Positions 49,968 through 60,051 of a stretch of 64,000 nucleotides of DNA are shown piece after piece (the first letter of the stretch is position 1; every line of letters starts with the position of its first letter). The position numbers were made by a program, and so were the translations under genes. The notes beneath the pieces were generated by a model. It saw nothing but the letters and a program-made list of their open reading frames with translations. It was not told the origin of the DNA and made no database searches. The stretch spans positions 14,728,150 through 14,792,149 of the forward strand of contig NC_134026.1 of NCBI RefSeq assembly GCF_964204645.1, given 5' to 3'. Origin of the DNA: Tubulanus polymorphus. Lineage: Eukaryota > Animalia > Nemertea.

Positions 49968-51255
49968 ATAAGTTATAGCTAATTTAGCATTTTCATGGGA
50001 TTTATTATCATCATTAGTTTTAATTATAACATGTTGAATATTATCAGTTTTTTATATTTTCTGTAGTATTGTAATCTTTTATTTTAGAATCATTATTTAA
50101 TTTAATATTCTTAGTTTTAGTTTCTGTTGATTGAATATGTTTTTTATTTTTTTCACCTTCCATTAATTTTGGAGCAGTAATAATCTTTTTATTTATATCA
50201 TTTAATCCAAATGAATTATTTATTGTTGCAGTCTTAATTAGATTATTATAACCAATTATATTTCCCATATTTAATACTAAATCATTAGAAATAATTAATA
50301 GATTAGGGCCTATACAATAATTTAATCTATTATGTGATTTATCTAAATAATTTTGATATCTTACAATGTTTTCTGGAATCGATCTATTTTTATCATTATG
50401 AATAGAATCTTCAAATAATACTTTAAATTGTTTCTGCGCATCAAATGAAGTGTTATCATTTCCAACTATTGGTGATCTTGTTTCAACTTGCGCGCCTAAA
50501 ATACATATCAAATAAGTTCTAATAGATTGATTTATTCTTTGTATTCCAGCTTTAGTAAAACCTTCTCTATTTTCTAAAATAAAATTAATCCAACCATTAT
50601 TGTTTTGTTGTTGTATATTATAATAATATTTTGGTAATTCATTCCAATTTAGTGTTTTTATATCTGTATTTGTCATTATTTTTCCAAATTCTTTAGTATA
50701 TAATATTCCTAATCCACCCATTGTTCCAATTTTTGCTCTAAAATCATTATTTGAATTAATATTAAATTCATTACATATTTTATAAAACTAAGAAAAATTA
50801 ATATTATTTTTCAATTCTTTAAAATATTTTGAACCTGGTAAAGGACATTGTAATTCATCTAATATTAATTTCATTTGAAAATATGTATGAAATCTAAAAA
50901 GAGATAAGTTAACATCAATGGTAAACTTGGTTTATTTAAATGATCATTCCAACTTATACCACATCCTGTTGTTGCGCAATAAACAGCAAAATTTTATTGG
51001 TTCTGCCAATACTTCATATTAGATTTTAATAACCATTGTTTTGCCTCATTTAAATTTCTAAAATTAATTAAATATATATGAAATATATTTTATCTTTGCA
51101 TTAAAATTATTAGTTTCAGTAACATAAATTTCTAAATTAGTTAATGAATCTAAAACTTCATTTCTATATGAAATATCTTTATTAAAATTTATTGCTGGAA
51201 TATTATATTTAATTGATTCATTATATTGGAAAGCTTTTGGAAAACTATCTACCAT
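49968..51255 (-). pseudogene. Conserved Polinton-associated hypothetical protein (FAVYCATTGCGIS / FRFHTYF motifs), frameshifted
   Basis: ORF pieces 51064-51255 and 50044-50721 linked by a decayed region; GFTKAGIQRINQSIRTYLICILGAQVETRS motif. Confidence 0.75.
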
Positions 51256-51271
51256 TTATATAATTAAAAAA

Positions 51272-51706
51272 TTAATAATTAACTAATTCTTTTAATAATT
51301 TATTTTGTTCTTCAACTGTTATATGACCATTTAAACTTATTATATAATCTAGTGTATTCTTCAATTTATTAATTTCTTTTATATTAGTTTTAATTTTTTC
51401 TTTATTACTTTTTATATTTAATTTTGAACTTATACCAGTTAAAACACTTGATGATAATCCTAACACACCAATTGATATAGCTAAAGGTGTTAATGGACTG
51501 AATATTGCTAGAAATGTTATTACAGAACTAATTGTAACTGAACCACTGATAATAAAATAATATATAATTTTACTTTTTAAATATTTTTTCTTTTTTATCT
51601 TTAAGTCACTTTCAAATTCTAATATTTCTTTTTCTAAATATATTTTTAGTTTAGTTTTATTTATATCATGAGGAATAATATCAATATTATCAACTTTATC
51701 ATCTAT
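51272..51706 (-). pseudogene. Two-transmembrane coiled-coil protein (start appears mutated, ATG to ATA)
   Basis: TAAATAGATGAT start context; hydrophobic SVTISSVITFLAIFSPLTPLAISIGVLGLSS. Confidence 0.55.
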
Positions 51707-51725
51707 TTATTTAGCAAAAAAATTA

Positions 51726-52134
51726 CTAATTAGTAAATTTATATGCTACAAATATAACAATAACTGTTCCACCTAAAATCCAAATTATTTCATATTTCTG
51801 TTGTTCTTTACTTGGGGTATAATAATCTGATAAATTAGGTTTGTACAGATGTAATTTTTCTTTATTGGTTACCGCGTTATATAAACTCATTGCATCATCG
51901 ACTGATTGAAAATCTCTATGTGAAATCTTCTGATCATATAATTCTTTGTTAATATAATCCATATAGTTTTGTCTTCTTCTGCAGCTTTATTGTATTTTTC
52001 TAATGCTAAGTTATGTCTTTTTTGTTCTGATAATGAACCATTTTTATCAATATGCTTAAATAAATAACCACCACCAGTAAATGCTAAAGTGTAACAATTG
52101 CCGATCCTATAATAGTTATTATTGCAGAAGCCAT
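51726..52134 (-). pseudogene. Small Polinton membrane-associated protein (MASAII..LAFTGGGYLF..EQKRHNLA..), frameshifted
   Basis: TAAATG start; hydrophobic ends. Confidence 0.7.
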
Positions 52135-52150
52135 TTATTTAGCAAAAAAT

Positions 52151-52377
52151 TTATGCATTTGTATTCGAGGAATATTTTTTTTCTCCAAATAATCAATAGT
52201 TAGATTAGATAAAGTAACTGCTAATGTTAATTTTTAAATATCATTTATATCAAATCCATCAACATTAACAATTCCCATTTTAAAAACTTTTTTTAATACC
52301 ATTGAATAACCAACAGTTCCAACTGATAGTAAGGCTCCATTATATAATCCAGTTATTATTCACTTATTATCACTCAT
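52151..52377 (-). pseudogene. Small hydrophobic Polinton protein with stop and frameshift
   Basis: MSDNK*IITGLYNGALLSVGTVGYSMVLKK...TIDYLEKKNIP. Confidence 0.6.
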
Positions 52378-52721
52378 TTATTTATCAAAAAAAAATTACT
52401 ATCTTCAAAATATTTAGTTATCTTAGTTATAATTATTTCAACATTTATTTCATTACTACTTTTATGATTATCATATATTTTGGATAATATGTTTTTAATA
52501 TCATCAATAATTCCATCTTCATTTAATTCATAATATTCTAATGGCGTTTTAATTAAATCAATTACTTTTTCTATATTATAATTTTCTTTATTAATCATTG
52601 ATGCATTGTTAAATGATTTACTTTTTATATCAGTAATTACATCATTTAGTTTAATTCTCATTTCTTTACCATGTTTAAAATCAAACCCAAAACATATACT
52701 CGGTCGTACTGTTATATTCAT
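52374..52721 (-). CDS. Hypothetical protein
   Basis: 115-aa ORF in the co-oriented array, preceded by a T7 run. Confidence 0.55.
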   Translation of the reverse strand: MNITVRPSICFGFDFKHGKEMRIKLNDVITDIKSKSFNNASMINKENYNIEKVIDLIKTPLEYYELNEDGIIDDIKNILSKIYDNHKSSNEINVEIIITKITKYFEDSNFFLINK

Positions 52722-52821
52722 TTTTATAGTGAAAAAAATTACTCTCTACATCTTATAACTAATTCATATATCACAGGAAAGATATTCAAATCGATTAAAT
52801 ATCCATTATGATTTATAATTT

Positions 52822-53496
52822 CTAATCAAAATTATTAAATTGAGGAATGCATGGTTTGAAATCACATTCTGTTAAATTATAATTTATTTGCGTTTCAAAT
52901 TCTTTAACATTCTTCAATGGTAAAATGTTTAATAAACCAGAATTACAAGTTATATCTTTAGGTGCTTCGAATGTTTTTGTAGGATCGATTAAATTGCAAT
53001 AAATATAAAAGTGTGTAAAAGGTATTAAGTTTGGTGTAGCATCAGCATTGCGTATCCTTACATCTGGGGTTATTCCTAAAATTTTAGCTAAAGGTTTTTT
53101 AACTAGATATTGATGTTGATCTTCATTGCCTAATTTTATTCTTATTTTATCAGAGCTATCACTTTTAATCAGTCTTAATCCAAATCCAGCAGATGCACCC
53201 ATTTTCAACCGAGCTCTTCTATTAATTTCCTGCGCTAATGTATCTAAATTATATAATCCTGGTTTAAGATAAAGATGAAACCATTTACTTTTATTTCTAT
53301 CATGAATTAAAAAGACTCTATATTCAATAGTTTTATCCGATACATTGTCAAAAGAATTACATAAACTTATATTAACTAATTTTAAATCAACACAATTCTT
53401 AAATTCTCTATCTAATTGTACTAGTAAATTATGTGATTTATAATTTGTAAGTCTCCTAGAATCAACAAATATTCGGTATTCTTTTAATTCTACCAT
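52822..53496 (-). CDS. Minor capsid protein (penton, single jelly-roll), C-terminus probably truncated
   Basis: IFVDSRR N-terminal motif, LKPGLYNLDTL, FYIYCNLID, LLNILPL. Confidence 0.75.
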   Translation of the reverse strand: MVELKEYRIFVDSRRLTNYKSHNLLVQLDREFKNCVDLKLVNISLCNSFDNVSDKTIEYRVFLIHDRNKSKWFHLYLKPGLYNLDTLAQEINRRARLKMGASAGFGLRLIKSDSSDKIRIKLGNEDQHQYLVKKPLAKILGITPDVRIRNADATPNLIPFTHFYIYCNLIDPTKTFEAPKDITCNSGLLNILPLKNVKEFETQINYNLTECDFKPCIPQFNNFD

Positions 53497-53510
53497 TTAT
53501 TTTACATATT

Positions 53511-53864
53511 TTATTCGAAATCTATTTCATGGTGCCCTTTTTCATTTTTACCATTGTATATGAAGTAGAAATCTCCAGAACATAATTCTTCTAAATCTTC
53601 ACTTGATAATCTATCAAATCTATCTGGTAAACATGTTCTGAATTTATATTTATTTCCTTTTAATCCTTCATATTCTAAGGGTATAACTAATTTATCTCCA
53701 TATTTGTTAGTAACTGTAACAATATTTGTAATTAGATATTTCTTATGGATTGGTAATTCTTTTAACTTCTTAAATTTATAATCTACTGATTTGACATTTG
53801 AAGTATCTTTTATTCTATCTAGAAATAATTTGTTGTTCTCACTATGTGTTTGTTTACTCTCCAT
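53511..53864 (-). CDS. Small basic protein, paralogue of 44656-44982 (possible OB-fold ssDNA-binding protein)
   Basis: FKKLKELP..TNKYGDKLV..LPDRF..YNGKNEKGHH. Confidence 0.7.
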   Translation of the reverse strand: MESKQTHSENNKLFLDRIKDTSNVKSVDYKFKKLKELPIHKKYLITNIVTVTNKYGDKLVIPLEYEGLKGNKYKFRTCLPDRFDRLSSEDLEELCSGDFYFIYNGKNEKGHHEIDFE

Positions 53865-53882
53865 TTATAATCCATATTTTTA

Positions 53883-54524
53883 TTAAAATTTGATTAACAC
53901 GTTAGAATTCTTTTCATAATTGATATGTTTAACTGTTTGATAATGTTTTGATTTATGTGATCTTAAATATTTACCACCGCAATAACAATACACTTTTTCA
54001 TTAGGGTTGAATTTTCTAAATTCATCATCAAAGTTACATTGAACTGCAATATCTTTATAAGAATTATTATTAACTGATTCACATTGAATACCAATATTTG
54101 ATGAATTTTCATTATAGATAATTTGTTTATTATCAAAATTGAAATAATATAATTGGCTTTTTTCAATTCTTAAGTTAATCAAATCATTGTAATCTTTAGA
54201 AAGTATTATATCACTTTTTCTTTCATTGAAAGGAGTTTTAAGAATATTTATTATGTTTTCATCTAAAGTTCCTTTAAAATTAAAAACTGTATTGAACATT
54301 TTAGGATTTTTAACACCATTATCAAAAGTATCAATTAGTTTAGTAATTAAATATGTTTCATTTGATAATATTTGATTAATAACAGTAATATTTTCAATTT
54401 TATAATGTCTTGCGGACACTAAATTTGTTACTGAAATATAATTTTTAATGTTAAACTGTGAAAATTATTGATTGGTTTCATTGATTTCGATTTTAAAGTT
54501 GGGTTCTTCTTCTTCTTTCTTCAT
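53883..54524 (-). pseudogene. Hypothetical protein with C-terminal zinc finger (one in-frame stop)
   Basis: ATG at 54524 in frame; EKVYCYCGGKYLRSHKSKHYQTVKH. Confidence 0.65.
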
Positions 54525-54556
54525 TTTTATGACAAATTTTTTATTAAAACTCATTC

Positions 54557-55085
54557 AAATATAAATATTCAATGTTTTAAATATGAATTATTTCGCTCGT
54601 TAATTACTCGTTACTTTTTATATTAAAAATCAAGAATTTAACACATATAAATATAAATATACACTGTTTTAAATATGAATTATTTCCCTCGTTAATTACT
54701 CGTTACTTTTATATTGAAAATAAGAATTTAATACATATAAATATAAATATTCGCTGTTTTAAATATGAATTATTTCACTCACACTTTACTCACACTTTTT
54801 ATGTTAAAAAATAAGAATTTAACGCACATAAATATAAATATTCACAGTTTTAAATATGAATTATTTCACTCACACTTTACTCACACTTTTTATGTTTAAA
54901 AATCAAGAATTTAACACATATAAATATAAATATTCACTGTTTTGAATATGAACTATTTCACTCACACTTTACTAACACTTTTAATGTTTAAAAAACTAAC
55001 TCATACAAATATAAAAATTGAAATATGTTTAAAATATATCTATATATCTATCTATAAGAGCTCGTTAATTACTCGTTACTTTTAT
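54557..55085. repeat. Subterminal tandem repeat, about 5 units of 90-92 bp
   Basis: AAATATAAATAT..TGTTTTAAATATGAATTATTTC recurs near 54557, 54649, 54739, 54830 and 54922. Confidence 0.93.
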
Positions 55086-55360
55086 ATTGAATAATCTATC
55101 AATTTATATGTTATTCATATATATTTTATTCATGTATATGATTATTTTAAGAGTAATAGGGGTTTAGTTGTTCTAGATTAAAGGTTGAAAGGGCGGGTGA
55201 GTAAAAAATGAAAAATATGAAAATAATAAGAATTTCTACGTGAATAAGAAGTGAAACTCATAAAAAATGAAATATAAATTCGAGCGTGCGAGAATTATTT
55301 TTCATTTTTATGAGTTTTCCTAAAACCAATGATATAATTAATAGTCTCATCTCCGCATGC

Positions 55361-56062
55361 CGGTATATGGGAACCTATGTCAAGATCGGTCATGTTCTCA
55401 TAGTAGTATGTTCCCGTATGTTGTTGTATGTCAATAAAATCATATTTTTAAGAGATCTGGGTTTACAACGTAGTTAATCAATAGAACTCTTAGTTGTCTG
55501 CCTAAATATGCTCATTATATTAAGATAAACGTGAGTTCCCATATACCACGGTATATGGGAACCTATATCGAGGTCGGTCATGTTCCCATAGTAGATTGTT
55601 CCCGTAACCCGCGGCGTTTAGCAGAAAATATATAGTGAACTAAATCGATTACAGAGTTGATACCTAGCTAAATCGTCTTCTTCTACAATAATATCCGATC
55701 TAATATGGCGCCATTGGATCAAAAATATGACGGCGTTCCTATAACACTAAGTACCCGCATCCCTGTACTTGTATATGTCAATAAAACCATATTTTTAAGA
55801 GATCTGGGTTAACAACGTAGTAAACCAATAGAACTCTTAGTTGTCTGCCTAAATATACTCATTATATTAAGATAAACGCGAGTTCCCATATACCACGGTA
55901 TATGGGAACCTATATCGAGGTCGGTCATGTTCCCATAGTAGTATGTTCCCGTAACCCGCGGCGTTAAGCAGAAAATATATAGTGAACTAAATCGATTACA
56001 GAGTTGATACCTAGCTAAATCGTCTTCTACAATAATATCCGATTTAATATGGCGCCATTGGA
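55361..56062. repeat. Tandem duplication (period about 350 bp, plus a partial third copy) of an unidentified sequence
   Basis: TGTCAATAAAA(T/C)CATATTTTTAAGAGATCTGGGTT...ATGGCGCCATTGGAT occurs twice. Confidence 0.9.
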
Positions 56063-56762
56063 TATGTGATAATGTTTGTGTTGGATATAAGGGTAGGGGA
56101 TTTTGTTCGCACACCTTGGCTACATCTACGGATAACCTCGACTCTAAAGTATACGTTTCTTCATTATTGAACAGTCCTAATTCTAAAGGTCCTTTGACGT
56201 CGCTTGGAGATTTTGGTATGTCACGAGGGATGGGAAAGAAAAGGCCATCTAGAGTACGATCTGTTCAGTGCACTAGTCCTGTACCTCTTTTAGAGAGAGA
56301 TGACCGAGTGCAGACTCCAGATGAAGGTCATGTCAAAACATGTCATGTGGTTAGTGATAAAAAGAAACAACTTCAACCAAAGCCATCCATGCAAAATTCT
56401 GTTGAGCCATATATCTTGAGTGTTAAAATGGAATATTAAGATCTGTGCTGGGTGTCGAGAAAACTTCTGGAAAAGCAGGTTTTGTTGTTGACCAAAAGTT
56501 TGTTATTGCGCATAAGCAACGGGATTATTACCCTAAATCTACAAAAACTGACTGGAAACATGGGGCATTGCAATTCAAACATTACCATCTGAACAAAGAC
56601 TGCTTCACAAAAGGAGACGGTAGCTTTTCTGATTCAAAGTTAGTTGTCCCAGAAGATATTGGGATTACCAGTGAGCTGTGTGCTGTCTTTTTTGAAAGAT
56701 TTCAATTTATTTTGCCGCCACAAGTGATATTCACAGTTGTAATGATTGGCTACATTATATAG
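56063..56762 (+). pseudogene. C-terminal fragment of a SWIM zinc-finger transposon-type protein
   Basis: CDNVCVGYKGRGFCSHTLA (SWIM-like), later ICAGCRE..FVIAHKQRDYY..HYHLNKDC. Confidence 0.6.
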
Positions 56763-57011
56763 TGGTCTACATGTATTATCAATTAGGTTGTAATTAATTT
56801 TTGATGATTAAACTAACTATATGGCATGTTTCGACATAAGCTTCATCTCTGTAATTAATGGATCATATATGGATTCAGATATCAAAGACTCAGTAGCAGT
56901 CCCTTTAATGCGGTAATGACAATTTTTATTTTTGTGTTTTGATTAGCTGGTACATGTACCAGGGTTCATACAGATCAGGAAATCTCACTATTCATGGAAC
57001 AGTAAGGGAAC

Positions 57012-57197
57012 AATTTGAATTTTGGTGTCTTGTACTTGCTGGTGATGAGTGGCACAAGGAACCTCTGATAAGAAACAGCTTCCACTGAGGATATCTTACA
57101 ATCTAATCAAAGAATTTGAATTTTTGGTGTCTTGTTCTTGCTAAAGACGAGTGGCACAAGGAACCTCTTCATAAGAAAACGCCCCCACTGAGGATAT
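57012..57197 (+). repeat. Tandem duplication of about 100 bp
   Basis: AATTTGAATTTTGGTGTCTTGT..GAGTGGCACAAGGAACCTCT..CCACTGAGGATAT twice. Confidence 0.85.
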
Positions 57198-58555
57198 ATT
57201 ATTTCAGTAATTTAACCTGGGAACTTTTGGTCAAGGGTCAGTGAAATATCAGGGAATTTTGGATTCTGTGATCTGTAAGAAACTGATGTACATACCGTAT
57301 GTAGGCCTACCATGTATCGGCATTGTGGTAGCACAGTGGATAACACAGAACAGTGGATGTTTTTGTACCATGGAAAACGGAAGCCCTGAGACGACATCTT
57401 GAGTATGACTTCGAGGAGTTAATGAGATTTGAGCAAAATTTACTATGAATAAATTTGAATTTGAAATTACGCGGCTTTAAGACCTGGATGCTTTGCTGAT
57501 GGTTTTTATTTAAAGAAATTACGTGTAGGTCTATTTACATTTGTAATTATGACAACAGTAAACGACAAATAATATTTTCAAATCGATTCCAATAAATAGG
57601 CGTTCATTCTGCTTTGTCGTTATAACCCGAGCAGATGCCTTGGAAGTGGCCTCCTCACTTGCCGCGCAGAAAAACGGTAGCAGACCTGATAATTTTGGGA
57701 TTCGAACCCAAATATTTTGGCCACGCCATGGTTTGAATTCCCGGTTGAAGGCCAAGGTCATAATCTGTAGGCCGAAACAAACAAATAGAAGGGCCAAGCC
57801 AAGCCAAAGGGCCAGGCCAGGCCATGTTTTGCACTCATCCACGAAAAACCGATTACGAAATATATTTTTGCTTAATCCGTTCAATTCGGTCATAAGTAGC
57901 GAAATTACATGCTACTGAAATTGCGTTTGAGAGTGCTAAAAAGCTTTGAGCGTAGTGTACTAAGCATAGGAATGATTATCGATCGGCCAGACCGTTGACA
58001 TCGGCTCCAAAAATCAACCAGCATGAATCTGACTTGAAGATATCCAAAGCAACGTATGATAAATAAGAACAGCTTCAATGTCAATTGAAATGTAACTCCG
58101 AATTAATTGTAGAAGTCAAGCAAACTAATGCAATCTTGTTGAAAGAAAATTAAAAGTTAATCAGAAGAAAAAAAGGCATCTAGATGATATAAAATACCTT
58201 GAAGAAAGTCTGGAGACGAAATCTGATAGTATCGATAAATTATTGAATAAGTACCAGAATCTACTACTAGCCAATGGACTTTTTGTTAGATTTGAAGCAA
58301 AAAACCTGTTCATAGCCACATACCCTTGTACTGTATGTTCCTAATCCGTAAAAACAGCAAAGCACTTATGTCAAGGGGTAATATCCCACTCTACCAACCG
58401 AAGTAAACCGACATTTCGTGCGATTTCTAGATGTTCCATCTCAATTCATCTACTGGTTTCTTTTTTAGGACGTCGTGGTAGGAATCATGTAAGTCAGTTT
58501 GTTAAGACGTAGATAATTTCTCGGAAGTGACTGAAAGCTTGCCCTTATGAAAATG

Positions 58556-58842
58556 GTACACGTGTAATTGTAAATGAAAATACACGTGTATTTCAAGTAC
58601 ACGTGTAAAATTGGCCCAATTTTACACGTGTACTTTATCCCAATTACACGTGTACTTCATCCAAATTACACGTGTACTTCATCCTAATTACACGTGTACT
58701 TCATCCAAATTACACGTGTACTTCATCCTTATTACACGTGTTTTTCATCTTGTATTACACGTGTACTTTATCCTAATTACATGTGTATTTCATCCAATAT
58801 TACACGTGTCTTACACGTGTACTTCATGCTAAATACATGTGT
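58556..58842. repeat. Tandem array of about 21-bp units containing the palindrome TACACGTGTA
   Basis: About 12 ACACGTGT cores; probably the subterminal region of a DNA transposon. Confidence 0.9.
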
Positions 58843-59278
58843 CTTCAATTGCCATTTTTTGTTGAATTCAAATCAAACCACCATGTGAGGACCATCTCCT
58901 TAATCCATGTGCTGTTTAGAATGAACGTACTCAAGAGATTCACATTTTCCATACTAACTGATTTATTCATCTTCATAAATTTTATAAATCTTTGAGTAAT
59001 GGCATGTCCTATGGCCTCTTTCGTACCCTTCTCCTTTCGACATTGTTCTGAAATGATAACCATTTGAAAAAAATTAAGCAAAAGTATAAAATGATTTCTT
59101 TACCCGGATAAATAATTCAACTTCAGCTGCTTGGGATGATGATTGAATTCTGTAGCTTTTTCTAAAAGTCTTCTGCATAAAACAGTTACCAGTTTTTGCA
59201 CTCTTCAATGACTTGATTTTAAGCCATATGGTGAAATGCTTGACAATCTGGAAATTTCAATGTTCAACGTCACCATGA

Positions 59279-60051
59279 AAAACAAGGGGTCTAGGGGTTT
59301 CGAATGCTAACCAATCAACATAATAAAATAGAAACAGGACATTGAAACTCACCACTATCATAGAACATGTCACAAGCTACAATTTTATAATTGATCGATG
59401 TTATAAAGTATTCATAGGTACCAAAATAAATTAGACAAATTGTATATAATTCAATATTCAACTCCCCCTGGTGGTGAGAACAAAAACCTGGGTAACCCCA
59501 ATTCCACATGAGATGAATACTACAACAGTGGTAACAATTATCAAATATCAAGACTATAAGTCAAAACCTGTCGATATTTTCCTTCAAGAACCTTTTTCTA
59601 TCTACGAATAAGAACTGATGACACTAAGATGGCTGCCAAATGTGTCACGCTTGACTGATCGAAAAATCTGTCTCCTATGTTTTAGATTGTTAAGAATGTA
59701 CACCCATTACAAATTTCAAAGAAAAATTGCAAACCATTAAGCAGCTACAAGGCAAAAATGACCTTTTTGGGTACAAAAAAGGTCACATGATGTCCATCTT
59801 GTGTCAAAATTGAAGCATCTTCAAAATTTTCCAAAAATTGCATAAGTGATGATTTTGGGGAACGAAAATGGCCAATGCAGTTGGCCATCTTGATTCGGAC
59901 CAGTTTTGGGCTGGAGACATGGCTAGGATAGATACATGTATAACTTAAATATCAAGAGTATTAAAACTTCCCAAAATACTGGATTCCAGCAACAGACGAA
60001 CGAAGGGTGAATGCAATAGCCCGCTTGGACTAAAGTCTCAAATGGACTAAA
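59279..60051 (-). mobile_element. Helentron/DINE-like repeat copy, reverse orientation
   Basis: Reverse complement of the TTTAG.CCA.TTG.GACTTTAGTCC.AGCGGGCTATT head at 60015-60051 and shared body. Confidence 0.65.

Larger units (their letters stand above)
44277..55320 (-). mobile_element. Polinton/adintovirus-like element 2 (capsid module plus integrase; no polymerase seen)
   Basis: Left end AGTAATTGGG... matches the reverse complement of element 1's terminus at 36/46 nt; contains MCP, minor capsid, ATPase and integrase genes; right side has AGTAATAGGGG at 55152 and a truncated palindrome. Confidence 0.9.

Noticed and set aside
46948-54524. In-frame stops as evidence for a variant genetic code or programmed readthrough
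   Set aside because: Stops are of all three types and accompanied by frameshifts and a Walker A mutation, indicating ordinary decay.
55320-55345. Right terminus and target duplication of element 2
   Set aside because: CTAAAACCAATGATAT is a poor match to the expected CTAAACCCCTATTACT and no TACACC duplication follows.
58611-58995. Overlapping short ORFs rich in YTC/LHVY
   Set aside because: Products of the CACGTG tandem repeat.
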